Virus record (IMG/VR): IMGVR_UViG_3300044700_000691
Span: 124,001-188,000 of that record
Reading direction: 5' to 3' (one strand)
Length of the DNA stretch: 64,000 bases
Shown: piece by piece, positions 9,331 through 19,624 of the stretch
How the letters are laid out: the number at the start of each line of letters is the position of its first letter
How positions within the stretch are numbered: position 1 is the first letter of the stretch
Notes under the pieces: model-generated
Told to the model about the DNA's origin: nothing
What the model saw: the letters and a program-made list of their open reading frames with translations, nothing else
Database searches by the model: none
Position numbers and translations under genes: made by a program

Positions 9331-10359
9331 ATGGATTTATTCAATTTAAACACCGATGACTTTACCGCGCCGAAAGCCGGCACCGCACGTAGCGTAGATG
9401 AAAACCTCTACAACCCTGGACCAGATCAAGCTCAAAATGGAGTTTACCGTTCAGTAATCAGATTTATTCCTTGGATCGGGGATCCAGCTAAGAGTAAATA
9501 CAAGAAGTATTATGCTCGACTAACAAACCCGTTGACAGGCGAAAGATTTACACTAGACTGCCCATCTTCACTAGGCAAACCGTCTATCTTATGGACGCTT
9601 GATTTAGAGCTTCGTAAATTAGCAAACGAAGAACCTGAAATCGTAAAAGAGATTCAAAAGAATTTCATGAGAGCTTACAATTATTACTCTCTTGTTTACA
9701 TTAAGAAAGACCCTCAGTTTCCACAACTTGAAGGCAAAATTAAAGTGTATAGCTTTGGCTACAATATTGATAATTTGATCCAACAAGAGTTAAACCCAGA
9801 AGCAGAATTGATGAACATTAGAAAAATCAATCCTTATTCTATGCTTGAAGGAAAAGACATGGTACTTGTAGTAAAACGTAAAACTAAGAGCTGGAGAGAT
9901 TACTCTTCTTCTAAATTTATGTCAGAAACAAGCCCATTAATCTTAAAATTAGATGATGGTCGCGAACTTCCAGTAAATGGCGAAGAAAAGGTTCAAACCT
10001 ACGTAAAAGGATTCTTGGAGAAAAACTCTCCAGATTTGAGTCAGTACTTCTACAAAGAGTGGTCAGATTCAGACTATGAGAAAGTTGCAGAATTTATTAA
10101 AGCAATTATTCCTCATAAATCTATTCTTGATCAAGTTTTAGCAAACACAAGAGATGAGAGAATTAAACCTTATTTCTCAGCGATTAAATCAGCTCAACCC
10201 GTAAACAGAGTAGTAGCAGATGATTTAGATTTTGCTGCGCCAGCTAAACCAATTGCAAACAATGCGTTTGATGATTTTGATGCTCCAACACAAGCACCAG
10301 CTGCTCCAGTGAAAGCTGCTCCATCAAATGACTTTGACGATCTATTAGCAGATCTTTAA
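9331..10359 (+). CDS. gp32: Single-stranded DNA-binding protein (T4 gp32 family)
   Basis: VIRFIP, DCPSSLG, YYSLVYIKKDPQFPQLEGKIKVY, NPYSMLEG, and acidic tail ending DFDDLLADL. Confidence 0.9.
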   Translation: MDLFNLNTDDFTAPKAGTARSVDENLYNPGPDQAQNGVYRSVIRFIPWIGDPAKSKYKKYYARLTNPLTGERFTLDCPSSLGKPSILWTLDLELRKLANEEPEIVKEIQKNFMRAYNYYSLVYIKKDPQFPQLEGKIKVYSFGYNIDNLIQQELNPEAELMNIRKINPYSMLEGKDMVLVVKRKTKSWRDYSSSKFMSETSPLILKLDDGRELPVNGEEKVQTYVKGFLEKNSPDLSQYFYKEWSDSDYEKVAEFIKAIIPHKSILDQVLANTRDERIKPYFSAIKSAQPVNRVVADDLDFAAPAKPIANNAFDDFDAPTQAPAAPVKAAPSNDFDDLLADL

Positions 10360-10380
10360 TCTTTAAAATAATTTAAATAC

Positions 10381-10695
10381 ATGTCAAAAGAACAAGTAAA
10401 TACAGAGGAAACTGTTCAGCAAGAAGCTCCCAAGACTTATCTATTGTCAACTATTTCTTACACAGATAAAGCTGATTATAATAAGTTTTTAGAAAACCTA
10501 TCTCCTGAACATGCACTAATCGTGCTAATTTCTGCCGCTAATCACGGCCAACTTAAGGGTGCATATAATTTGGATGAAGCTGAACTTATTGCAAAGGCAA
10601 TTCGTACAATTACTCCAAACTCTGCACAAGAAGAAACCCCTGCTGAAGAGGCTGCTCCTAAAAAAGCAAAGGCTTCTGCTAAAAATCCTAAATAA
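10381..10695 (+). CDS. Hypothetical protein
   Basis: 104-aa ORF in operon context with a Lys/Ala-rich C-terminus. Confidence 0.7.
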   Translation: MSKEQVNTEETVQQEAPKTYLLSTISYTDKADYNKFLENLSPEHALIVLISAANHGQLKGAYNLDEAELIAKAIRTITPNSAQEETPAEEAAPKKAKASAKNPK

Positions 10696-11804
10696 TGAAT
10701 ATAGTAATTGATGGAAATGCTTTTCTTAATGTCTCTGCCTCGATTGTCAAGAATATGTTACAACAAGACAAGCGCATCGGCGAAAAGTACTTTGTCAATG
10801 ATTTGTTTGATGACAGCAAGTTTTTATTAAAACAACAAGCTGCTGTTTCATTTAGGACATTTGTTATCAACTACTTCAGCTCCATTGTCTCTCCTTTTAA
10901 GGGCAGCACTGGAGCTGTTTTCTTCGTTTTTGATTCTAAAAGCTGGCGAAAAGAATATATTAAGCAGTTTTTTAAAGAAGATGATAAACAAGAAGGCCAA
11001 TTTGAATACAAAGGAACCCGTAAATACGACGATAAGATTTATCTATTTTTTGAACTTTTTCAAAATGAGATTATGTCTGAACTAAAGGAAATGGGCGCAG
11101 TTTCTGCCAGAATTCTTGGAGCAGAGGGCGACGATTTAATAGCCCATATTGTTGATAATTTTAATGGAGATATTTGTATTTGGTCAGTAGATAAAGATCT
11201 AATCCAATTGTTGGAAAGCGGCAAGCGCTCAGTTATTTTAGTTACTCCGAAAATGATGACTAAAAATAAACGGGTAATTGTTGCACATAACAAACAGGAA
11301 GAGAAACCTGCCGATATTTTTAATTTTGAATCAGCTGTTGACAATTCTAATCTTGATGAACTTCTTAAAGAATTTACACACAGAAGTTTTGTTAAGTATG
11401 AAGTTGACCCAGCTGAGGAATTAATGTTAAAAATATTAGGCGGTGATCCATCTGATACAATTCCTAGAGTCCATCCAAAGATGACAAAGTCTAAGATTGA
11501 AGCTGTAATTTCTACCCTAAAACAAAACCAAGGCGATTGGTCAATGTTAGTCCATAAGTTAAGAACAAACGATCCATATGTAAAAGACATGATAACTGAA
11601 GCTAGTGTTAAGGAGCTTAAGTTAGCTTCCCAAGAGTTACAGGATCAATTCAGAAAGACTTTAGACTTTAATATTAAGATCATATGTCTATCAATAGATC
11701 ATGTCCCTGCGAAGCTCTCTGGTTCAATCCGAGAGTCGTTTGATTTTAATTCAATAAAGAGATTTGACATTAACGCATTTAAAAAATATCATTCTTCAAA
11801 ATGA
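10695..11804 (+). CDS. rnh: RNase H / 5'-3' flap exonuclease (T4 rnh family)
   Basis: IVIDGN, VFDSKSWRK, YKGTR, GAEGDDLIA, SVDKDLIQL and GGDPSDTIP. Confidence 0.9.
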   Translation: MNIVIDGNAFLNVSASIVKNMLQQDKRIGEKYFVNDLFDDSKFLLKQQAAVSFRTFVINYFSSIVSPFKGSTGAVFFVFDSKSWRKEYIKQFFKEDDKQEGQFEYKGTRKYDDKIYLFFELFQNEIMSELKEMGAVSARILGAEGDDLIAHIVDNFNGDICIWSVDKDLIQLLESGKRSVILVTPKMMTKNKRVIVAHNKQEEKPADIFNFESAVDNSNLDELLKEFTHRSFVKYEVDPAEELMLKILGGDPSDTIPRVHPKMTKSKIEAVISTLKQNQGDWSMLVHKLRTNDPYVKDMITEASVKELKLASQELQDQFRKTLDFNIKIICLSIDHVPAKLSGSIRESFDFNSIKRFDINAFKKYHSSK

Positions 11805-12115
11805 GCTCACCAATAATCCCAATTTACGATCGAGTGGTTATTAAACCAGACGAACAAAACAAAAAAACTGAAACTGGTATAATTCTGCCGCCTGATACTA
11901 GAAAACGCTCTAATAGTGGGGTAGTTATTGCAGTAGGCGGCGGAGCAGAAAGACCTATTCCATTAGAACCAGGAGATAAAGTAATCTATCAGCGTCATGC
12001 TGGATTGGATATGCAATGGAATGGCGAGACTTACTTAGTGGTTCTTGCACATGAAATTGTTGCAAAAATTGTAGCAGACTCTGCTCCAACCTTTCTTGAA
12101 CCTGGCGAAAGATAA
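11801..12115 (+). CDS. groES: Co-chaperonin GroES-like
   Basis: PIYDRVVIK, mobile loop TETGIILP, GVVIAVG, PGDKVIY and YLVV..EIVA. Confidence 0.9.
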   Translation: MSSPIIPIYDRVVIKPDEQNKKTETGIILPPDTRKRSNSGVVIAVGGGAERPIPLEPGDKVIYQRHAGLDMQWNGETYLVVLAHEIVAKIVADSAPTFLEPGER

Positions 12116-12133
12116 TCCCAGTTAATACTACAT

Positions 12134-12160
12134 AAAAAAAGCCGCTATTAGCGGCTTTTC
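12134..12160. terminator. Bidirectional intrinsic terminator
   Basis: AAAAGCCGC-TATTA-GCGGCTTTT hairpin with A/T tracts on both sides, between convergent groES and sheath genes. Confidence 0.85.
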
Positions 12161-12180
12161 TTGTTTATTAAGAGTCGTTC

Positions 12181-15100
12181 TTAGAACGAAGGAATAAATC
12201 CAGTTGCTTCTGAAGAAAGACCTCCACCAACTCTTGTAATTGTAATACGGTTGATGAATTTGTGAATACCTCTTGGGAAATCTAAGAATACATCGATAAT
12301 CGCTGAGTTTGCAGATAATACTTCTGGACCGTTATTGGTCGAGTCAAATACTACTGTATAACTTGCAACACCTTGTGCATTTTTAGCTCTATCTAAATAA
12401 CCTTCAACTAATGTTTTAATTCTTAAACGAGTAATTTCATCGTTAAAATCAAATAAGAAGTTGAATAGGATTCTTTCGATATCTTTTTCGATTGTTGCAA
12501 GAGCTTCTCTAACGTGAGTATTATTAAGAGCTGAATTAATTTTTTGATATGCAGTATTATTTGTAAATACCATGATACCAAATCCTCTACGACGAACGAT
12601 TAAGTTATAACCAACTGGCTCTAAGTAATCTCTATCTTCTTGAGATAATTCATATTCAACATTAACAATTTCAGGATCTCCTAAGATACCATTTTTACCA
12701 GCTACAATTGAGAAAGGTCTGCCTGCTTCGTACTTATTCATAAATGCATTTGCAACGTATGCTGCCGGCGGAACTGACTTGTTTCTACCATTATCATTTA
12801 CAATTAAGTTAGGCATAAAGTATGCTGCGTAAGATGCCATTGGAACTCCATTAACTTCTTCATCTACAAATTTAAATGTAGTAGTTGGATTAAGATCCAA
12901 ATTACCTCCATCTGCAATATGTTTAGCAGAAACTAATTTTGTAGTTAAATCAGAGAATGATGGTTCAACTGAAAGCTCTAATTGTCTGTAAGATGGAGCA
13001 TTTAAGATTGCTAAACACTGACCATTGTCTGCTGCAAGTTTTGCTAAATAATATTTAGATGAACCAGAGATATCACCTTCGTAAGTATCAATAATATATC
13101 TAAAATCTACAGCTTGACCTTCAGCCAATGTGCTTGCAATATTTGTGTTTTCATATAACCAACCTAAAATATCAGCTTGTCTAGTAGCAGTTCCATTAGG
13201 AAGTTGAGCATCTCTCATTACAAATCCGCTTAGCTTAACGCCTTTAGATGAAGTAATATAGTTTCTAATACCTTTATGGAAAATAATATCAGTATCAATG
13301 TCAACTCCAATTATAGTTGAATCGCTTGGTACTAATGTTGTAACTGTAAACTTTTTGTAAGTTTTTGTTGTAACAGTAGTAAACGCTGCAACTAAAGCTT
13401 TAGTAAAAGTATAAGTTCCACCGCTTCCTGCTGTTGTTGCCGCAGATAAAGTTAAGACATTTCCTACTTTATTAGTTACCGTAGTATTAGCTGCAATTCC
13501 TGTACCAGCTACTGTGCATCCAATTACAATATTTGCATTTGCTGCAGTTAAGGTAATTGTAGTTGCGCCTGTGATAAATGAGTTAACTGCAATTGCAGTT
13601 TCGTTAACAGCTGGGACAGCTGCTGTAACAACTGATGCCGAAGAAATTTCGTCTGCTCCAGCAACTGAAACAATTTTTAAGAATCTTGAACGTTTTGCTC
13701 CATTTGCTTTAGCTTTCACATAGTGATTAGGCTTAACAAATTCTGTAACGCTATCTAAATAAGCAGCATTACTTGCTGTTACAGCTGGAGAACCACTTCC
13801 TATTGTTACTGAGGTTGAGCTAAGAACTTTCATCTCAATTTTATTAAGAGCAGTCTTAGTTGTAGTAATTTCAAGACCATTATTGTTTGCAGTTAATTCA
13901 GTTGCAAAATCAAATACCTTTGTTGTTGTGCTAGTTCCATGAATATCTAGTGAAAGCTTAACAAATGTATCAACTACAGTAATTACTGGAATAGTTGCGC
14001 TTTGATTAGTTAAAGCAACGTTATCAAAACATTTAATTTTAATATAGCTTTTAGTAACTAAGTTAACAACTTCAGTAAATCCAGATTCAACTTTAAGATA
14101 TTTAGATGCAACCGTTCCGTTTTGCGTAGTAATAAAACCATTACCAGTTACAATAAATCCATCATACCATGCGTTGTAAAGTTGAGTACCTTCACGAGCA
14201 ATAATAATTTGATTACCGTTTTCTGTTACGACTCTACTAGAATCTGAAACTCCAGTTGTAACTTCAAATACTGCTGTGTTTTTAACTGGTGCTTTATAAC
14301 CAAGTACATCTAATTTAGCATTAGCGTCGGTGTAGTCTCCAATAAAACCATTATCAATAAAGTAATCTTGAAAATCTGCTGCAATAAGGTCTGTATAACC
14401 ATGACCAGCTAAATCGATTCGGTGTGAATCCATTGAAGCATTTGCAAAAACAGTGTCAAGGTCAATCAATTCAATTTTGTTTTCGTCTAGTGCACAAAAT
14501 AATTCGGTTTGAGAAAATAATCTGTTGAATACTCTGTCAATTGAAATATCTGAACCAGTTGCATCTTTAAATTGAGGAATAATTGAGCCGTTTACTCTTG
14601 CAATATTCTTAACTTCTCTTAAATTTAAGAAACCATTAAGTTTAGACATAATTAAACCTTTTTCGTTAAAGTATGTTTTATAAACAGGGTCAGTTGAAAG
14701 TCTCATATTATCTGACCAGTCGCCTTCTACTGCAATTAATTCAATAATATAGTCAGCAACGATATCATCTGGGTGAAGATAACTTGGAATAGTTACTTTG
14801 TCTCCGCCTGTAACCTTGTAGTATTCTTTAACAGTTACATCGTATCCGCTAACGTCTGCAAGCTTGGCCCAAACAGTAACTGGGCGTTTTCCTAAGTTAA
14901 CAATAGAAAAAATCTTATTGTCATCTTCTGAACTTAACGCGTTATTTTTAGTTCTGTTGAACTGGTCTTCGTCAGCATACCATAACTTCTGAGTATTAAA
15001 GAAGCTAGAAAGTGGTTGCTCGAATGCAGATGCATTAAAATCTGAATTAAATGATGCAGATTCAGTGTTGAATGTTGCAAATGTTACTTTGTCTAATGTA

Positions 15101-15393
15101 TCGTCAGTTGGCAATACGTTCAAAGCATAAACTGGGCCTTTTCTTAGAGCTACTTCTAAAGTTCTATGAAAATAACTACCCTTGCTTTCAAGTTTAGTGT
15201 CTCTTTCACCATAAACTGCTAGCGCGCTGTTTAAGTCGCTTAAAGCCACAACAGTATTGATTGGTCCTCTTTTACTCGATCCGATAACTAATCGGCCGGT
15301 TCCTAAAGGTAATGCAATGTTTTGACTCTCATCGATTTCAACTGTGTAAACACCACTTGATTTAAAGCGATTGAGATTTAATTTTTGTGCCAT
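12181..15393 (-). CDS. gp18: Tail sheath protein (gp18-like), enlarged to 1070 aa
   Basis: N-terminal SSGVYTVEIDES and GSSKRGPIN. C-terminal VPPAAYVA, NNTAYQKINSALNNTHVR..IEK, FDFNDEITR and VFDSTNN. Confidence 0.93.
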   Translation of the reverse strand: MAQKLNLNRFKSSGVYTVEIDESQNIALPLGTGRLVIGSSKRGPINTVVALSDLNSALAVYGERDTKLESKGSYFHRTLEVALRKGPVYALNVLPTDDTLDKVTFATFNTESASFNSDFNASAFEQPLSSFFNTQKLWYADEDQFNRTKNNALSSEDDNKIFSIVNLGKRPVTVWAKLADVSGYDVTVKEYYKVTGGDKVTIPSYLHPDDIVADYIIELIAVEGDWSDNMRLSTDPVYKTYFNEKGLIMSKLNGFLNLREVKNIARVNGSIIPQFKDATGSDISIDRVFNRLFSQTELFCALDENKIELIDLDTVFANASMDSHRIDLAGHGYTDLIAADFQDYFIDNGFIGDYTDANAKLDVLGYKAPVKNTAVFEVTTGVSDSSRVVTENGNQIIIAREGTQLYNAWYDGFIVTGNGFITTQNGTVASKYLKVESGFTEVVNLVTKSYIKIKCFDNVALTNQSATIPVITVVDTFVKLSLDIHGTSTTTKVFDFATELTANNNGLEITTTKTALNKIEMKVLSSTSVTIGSGSPAVTASNAAYLDSVTEFVKPNHYVKAKANGAKRSRFLKIVSVAGADEISSASVVTAAVPAVNETAIAVNSFITGATTITLTAANANIVIGCTVAGTGIAANTTVTNKVGNVLTLSAATTAGSGGTYTFTKALVAAFTTVTTKTYKKFTVTTLVPSDSTIIGVDIDTDIIFHKGIRNYITSSKGVKLSGFVMRDAQLPNGTATRQADILGWLYENTNIASTLAEGQAVDFRYIIDTYEGDISGSSKYYLAKLAADNGQCLAILNAPSYRQLELSVEPSFSDLTTKLVSAKHIADGGNLDLNPTTTFKFVDEEVNGVPMASYAAYFMPNLIVNDNGRNKSVPPAAYVANAFMNKYEAGRPFSIVAGKNGILGDPEIVNVEYELSQEDRDYLEPVGYNLIVRRRGFGIMVFTNNTAYQKINSALNNTHVREALATIEKDIERILFNFLFDFNDEITRLRIKTLVEGYLDRAKNAQGVASYTVVFDSTNNGPEVLSANSAIIDVFLDFPRGIHKFINRITITRVGGGLSSEATGFIPSF

Positions 15394-15415
15394 TTCGGTC
15401 CTACTATTTTTAAGT

Positions 15416-15423
15416 TATTTATT
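15416..15423 (-). promoter_or_regulatory. Late promoter-like AATAAATA (sheath)
   Basis: 22 nt upstream of the sheath ATG. Confidence 0.65.
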
Positions 15424-15482
15424 TAACTTCGGACTCAAGATTTTGTCTAGATTGTCCTTTGCTATCATTATTTATCATCGCA

Positions 15483-15513
15483 AAGATCTTAGTATATCTA
15501 AGACAGTATAAGA
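15483..15513 (+). promoter_or_regulatory. Variant early/middle promoter AAGATC-N17-GTATAAGA
   Basis: Precedes the dUTPase-polymerase operon; resembles the site before uvsX. Confidence 0.4.
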
Positions 15514-15539
15514 AATTACGAAAAATCAAATTACTCACC

Positions 15540-16028
15540 ATGAATTCAATGAAAAGAACCCCAAAACCTCTATCTAGAGGAGAATTAATTAGATTTATTA
15601 AGATTAGAGACGTTAAGTCGCCCGAATACGGAACTCCCGGTTCAGCTGGAATAGACTTTTTTGTTCCAAATGATTTTAAAGGCGCAATACTTGAACCAGG
15701 TGAAGCCATTTTAATTCCAAGCGGTATTCGTGCAAGGCTTCCTCTACATACAGCTCTAATTGCATTCAATAAAAGCGGGGTTGCTACAAAGAAGAGACTC
15801 CAAGTTGGTGCCCAAGTAGTAGATTGTGATTACCAAGGGGAAATCCATCTACATCACTATAATTGTGGAACAATCGATGCGTTAGTTTCTCCAGGAGATA
15901 AAATTGTACAGTTTATTCTTACCCCAATTATTAAAGCAAAATTAATTGAGTGTGAAAATGAGTCTGAGGTATTTCCAACACAATCTGATAGAGGTTCTGG
16001 CGGATTTGGTTCCACTGGAACAAATTAA
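15540..16028 (+). CDS. dut: Trimeric dUTPase (start probably ATG 15540 or 15549, not the track's TTG 15459)
   Basis: GSAGIDF, IPSGI, NKSG, VVDCDYQGEI, GDKIVQ and RGSGGFGSTG motifs. Confidence 0.93.
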   Translation: MNSMKRTPKPLSRGELIRFIKIRDVKSPEYGTPGSAGIDFFVPNDFKGAILEPGEAILIPSGIRARLPLHTALIAFNKSGVATKKRLQVGAQVVDCDYQGEIHLHHYNCGTIDALVSPGDKIVQFILTPIIKAKLIECENESEVFPTQSDRGSGGFGSTGTN

Positions 16029-16056
16029 TTGGTATATTAACCCAAAGTAAGATAAA

Positions 16057-17436
16057 ATGATAATAAGCTCTGAATTTAAACAAGAAGATTCTAAACTAGT
16101 AGTTTCATATTATGATGAAGCTGGTAATATTGCATATGCAGTAAAGCATATCCACGATGCTGATCAATTTAATTGGAAGCTGACGGGTCGCCCTTCGGAG
16201 TATCGAAATTGGGATAATAAATTTGTTGATAAAAGTAAAAGCAAATGGCTAAGTCGCTTCCGAATCGAAGAACTTATTCAAACCAGCTTTACTAAAGAAG
16301 AGCTTGATCAAATCTATTCTGAATATACTCCAAAGAAATATTTTCTCGATATTGAGATTCAGTTAACTTCAAACGAGTTCCCCGATCCAGCCAAAGCTGC
16401 CATGCCAGTAAACTTAATTTCATTTTGTGGTCCAGATAATGTAACCTATATTTTATCCACAATGAAAAAGCTAGATAACGAAGCTATTTCTAAAATGGAA
16501 GCAGAGATTAATGAATACCTAAGTGCACAAGGCCAGGTATTTACACTTAAATATATGTTTTTTGAGAAAGAAGAAGACTTAATGTCAACCTTCTTCCATC
16601 GAATACTTCCAAAGCTTCCATTTATTACAGGTTGGAATGTAATTGAATTTGACTGGAAATATCTAATTAATCGATGCAAGCGCCTTAATATTAAACCAAT
16701 GGAATCTATGGTTTGTGATAGGCTAATCGGTAAAGGTCAAGCGCCAGTTCATTTAGGTCTACTCGATTATCTTGAAGTATTTATGAACCTTAAACCAATT
16801 AAAGTTGTTGAAAATTACAAGCTTGATTACATTTCTCAATTAGTGCTTGGAGTAAGTAAATTACATCACGAATATGGTTCAATGATGGAAGCTCAACAAG
16901 ATGTTGAAAACTTCGTAAAGTATAACGCAATTGACGTAATGCTTGTTAAATTAATTGAAGATAAGCTAAGTCTACTTGATGTAGCCTTCGCTATTTCCAA
17001 AACTGCACAAGTTGATGTATCGAAAGTCTTTAGTGCAGTGTTTATTACAGAATCCCTAATGTGTCGCCACTTTTTACGAGATGGTAAGAAAATGGCATCA
17101 GACAAAAGAGATTTAGCCGAACAGGTAACATACGAAGGTGCCTATGTAAGTAAGCCTATTCCAGGTCACCATAAATATGTTTCATGCTTTGACTTTTCGT
17201 CAATGTACCCTAACGTTCAAATCCAGTTTAATATTTCTCCTGATACATACTTAGGTAAAATGAAACCTGGTCATATTCTTAAAGAGGATGAAATTTATAC
17301 AAAAAATGGTACCCTTTTTACTAAGAAGAAAGACTCAGCTGCTCGAGTTATACTAAAATCAATGTACGATCGACGTATGGGTATTAAAGGGCATATCACT
17401 GAATTAAAACAAGCAGCGAAAAAAGCCGCACACTAA
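16057..17436 (+). CDS. gp43A: Family B DNA polymerase, N-terminal half (exonuclease + motif A), ending in the fingers
   Basis: ExoI FLDIEI, ExoII GWNVIEFDWKYL, ExoIII YNAIDV, then YEGAYV and motif A FDFSSMYP. Stops after ILKSMYDRR, lacking motifs B and C. Confidence 0.92.
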   Translation: MIISSEFKQEDSKLVVSYYDEAGNIAYAVKHIHDADQFNWKLTGRPSEYRNWDNKFVDKSKSKWLSRFRIEELIQTSFTKEELDQIYSEYTPKKYFLDIEIQLTSNEFPDPAKAAMPVNLISFCGPDNVTYILSTMKKLDNEAISKMEAEINEYLSAQGQVFTLKYMFFEKEEDLMSTFFHRILPKLPFITGWNVIEFDWKYLINRCKRLNIKPMESMVCDRLIGKGQAPVHLGLLDYLEVFMNLKPIKVVENYKLDYISQLVLGVSKLHHEYGSMMEAQQDVENFVKYNAIDVMLVKLIEDKLSLLDVAFAISKTAQVDVSKVFSAVFITESLMCRHFLRDGKKMASDKRDLAEQVTYEGAYVSKPIPGHHKYVSCFDFSSMYPNVQIQFNISPDTYLGKMKPGHILKEDEIYTKNGTLFTKKKDSAARVILKSMYDRRMGIKGHITELKQAAKKAAH

Positions 17437-18026
17437 TGATAAAATGGTTAAAAAACAAAATAAACAAATATATGTACGATATTGATGCACTCGCCCAAAC
17501 TAGAGATTTTATTATGGGCAAAGATTACCAATGGGTAAATACCCCAGATAATACCAAAATGTCAACAATTACCAAGGTAGTTGACGTATTTAGTAGAGGA
17601 GGCCTAATGGCTGTAAAATTAGCTGATGGCTCTAGTATAAGTTTAGAAGAACTTAATACTAAATTAATGGCAATTATGGATGGACAAGAAGCTTTAACTA
17701 GAGCCGAATGTATGTCTATTAGAGGGCCAGTAATTGATCCAAATATAACTAACGCAGAAGCCTTGCCTAAAGTTAGTCAACCTGTTCAAGCTGAGGTCCA
17801 AGCTACGTTAAAATCTGCAGGTATATTTGAAATGTTTGCGACTGAGGAGTCTTTACTAAACCTAAATTTAAGAGTAAACTTGCCTTCACTTAACTTATTG
17901 AAGATGATGTACAAGAACTCACAGAACAAGTCAGAATTTTTAACAGAGTTAGCAAACCATATAAATAATCAAATAACAGCAGATCATATTAAAGATGCCT
18001 TGCTGAAAAAACTTGATTCTAAATAG
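17436..18026 (+). CDS. Hypothetical protein
   Basis: 196-aa ORF whose start overlaps the polymerase N-half stop (TAATG). Confidence 0.75.
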   Translation: MIKWLKNKINKYMYDIDALAQTRDFIMGKDYQWVNTPDNTKMSTITKVVDVFSRGGLMAVKLADGSSISLEELNTKLMAIMDGQEALTRAECMSIRGPVIDPNITNAEALPKVSQPVQAEVQATLKSAGIFEMFATEESLLNLNLRVNLPSLNLLKMMYKNSQNKSEFLTELANHINNQITADHIKDALLKKLDSK

Positions 18027-18376
18027 TGGAGCTAATTATTTTACCAATTGAAGTCTCGGATTCAGAAAAAATACGAGCAATTTACTGTAAGCCAGATGGC
18101 GAACCAGTTACAATAAAAATTGATCATGCTAAAGATGCGTCGAGTTTTTCTGCAATTAAACGCATGTATCAAGAGATTGGGGTAGAAGACTTAGAACAAT
18201 CTAGAATATTTAAATTAGGAAAAATAGACAAGGACCTGTGTTTTGCTGTTAATGTTAGCGGGCTAAAAGCTGACTCAGATTTAACCAGAGTACCTTTCTA
18301 TAAAGTAATGCAAGGCGAGCATTCAAATTCAAAATTACTTGCTGCAAGCTTCCTAACTATATCATACTTTGCCTAA
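18026..18376 (+). CDS. Hypothetical protein, possibly degenerate Nudix fold
   Basis: DASSFSAIKRMYQEIGV loosely resembles a Nudix box but lacks the canonical REuxEE. Confidence 0.5.
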   Translation: MELIILPIEVSDSEKIRAIYCKPDGEPVTIKIDHAKDASSFSAIKRMYQEIGVEDLEQSRIFKLGKIDKDLCFAVNVSGLKADSDLTRVPFYKVMQGEHSNSKLLAASFLTISYFA

Positions 18377-18404
18377 GATCCTTTATCCCCTTCTGTGTAA
18401 AAGA
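18375..18404 (+). promoter_or_regulatory. Variant early/middle promoter AAGATC-N16-GTAAAAGA
   Basis: Intergenic, upstream of uvsX. Confidence 0.45.
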
Positions 18405-18430
18405 GGATATAACAAAAGGATTAAATATTT

Positions 18431-19624
18431 ATGGCAAAATCTACACTAGATGCATTCGCAAAATTTAATGATTTACTTGAAAAGAAAGTAAAATCTAAAA
18501 TTGAAATTCGTGGCTTCTCCGATATCGAGGAGTATATTCCAACAGGCAACTTTTTACTAAACGCACAAATGTCAGGCTCCTTGTTTGGAGGTTATCCAAA
18601 TACTCGAAGTATTGGAATTGCTGGAGACTCTGGTGCTGGTAAAACCTTCCTCTGCTTAAATGCAGTTCGTGAATTACAGAAAAAAGATTACATGGTTATC
18701 TACATTGATACCGAAGGCGCAATCGATTCACATGACTATGTAAAATTTGGAGTAGACCTTTCTAAATTAAAATATCTACGTATGGGTCTTATTAGCGAGG
18801 TAAAATTCTATATTAATGACCTAATTGACACAATCAAAGAAAATCCAGGTCTTAAAATCGCGCTATTTGTTGACTCAGTTGGAATGTTAGACACAGACAA
18901 GAGCAAACGAGATATGGATGCAGGTAAAAATGCTTCAGATATGGGTCTTCGTGCAAAGGAAATGCGATCCCTTTTTAAATCTTTAACACTAGATCTTTCG
19001 AATTATAAAGTTCCCTTCATTTTTACAAATCACACCTATGCGTCAATGGATCAGTATACGCCAAAGGGTATGTCAGGCGGTGGTGGTCCAGAGTTTTCAG
19101 CTTCAATTATTTTAATGCTAAGCAAAGGAACACTTCGTGACGAAAACAAAACTACAACTGGAATTATTGTTCGCAGTAAAACCAAAAAGAATCGTTTAGC
19201 TCGTCCGCTTGATATTGAATTCCATATCTCTTTTCATAAAGGTATGAATCCATTTGTTGGATTAGAACAATATGTAAATTGGGAAAACTGTGGAGTTGGC
19301 AGAGGCGTAATTATAACTCAAAAAGAGTTTGATAAGATGAAGCCAGAGGAGCAAGAAATTGTTTCACCATTTGAATTAAATGGAGAGACTGTCTATTTTT
19401 ATCCTAAAAAACTTGGAAAAACTTATATTGTAAGACACAATGGAGATGCCGTTCCAGTTAAAGAATTTTTCTCAGCTAGGCTTTTTACAAATGAGGTTCT
19501 ACATGAACTTGATGAAAACATTATTAAGCCAACCTTTAAATTCCCTGAAACTCAAGACGGTATTGTCGATATGGAAACTGATGAACTAACAGAAATTACA
19601 GATTTAGATGGAGCCGAAGATTAG
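18431..19624 (+). CDS. uvsX: RecA-like recombinase UvsX
   Basis: IPTG..LLN..MSG, Walker A GDSGAGKT, IDTEGA, VDSVG, FTNHTY and SGGGG..FSAS. Confidence 0.93.
   Translation: MAKSTLDAFAKFNDLLEKKVKSKIEIRGFSDIEEYIPTGNFLLNAQMSGSLFGGYPNTRSIGIAGDSGAGKTFLCLNAVRELQKKDYMVIYIDTEGAIDSHDYVKFGVDLSKLKYLRMGLISEVKFYINDLIDTIKENPGLKIALFVDSVGMLDTDKSKRDMDAGKNASDMGLRAKEMRSLFKSLTLDLSNYKVPFIFTNHTYASMDQYTPKGMSGGGGPEFSASIILMLSKGTLRDENKTTTGIIVRSKTKKNRLARPLDIEFHISFHKGMNPFVGLEQYVNWENCGVGRGVIITQKEFDKMKPEEQEIVSPFELNGETVYFYPKKLGKTYIVRHNGDAVPVKEFFSARLFTNEVLHELDENIIKPTFKFPETQDGIVDMETDELTEITDLDGAED

Noticed and set aside
17960-17967. Exact TATAAATA inside the 17436 gene
   Set aside because: It is in coding sequence 58 nt from the next start, within a replication operon, and outside the typical 17-25 nt spacing; likely chance.
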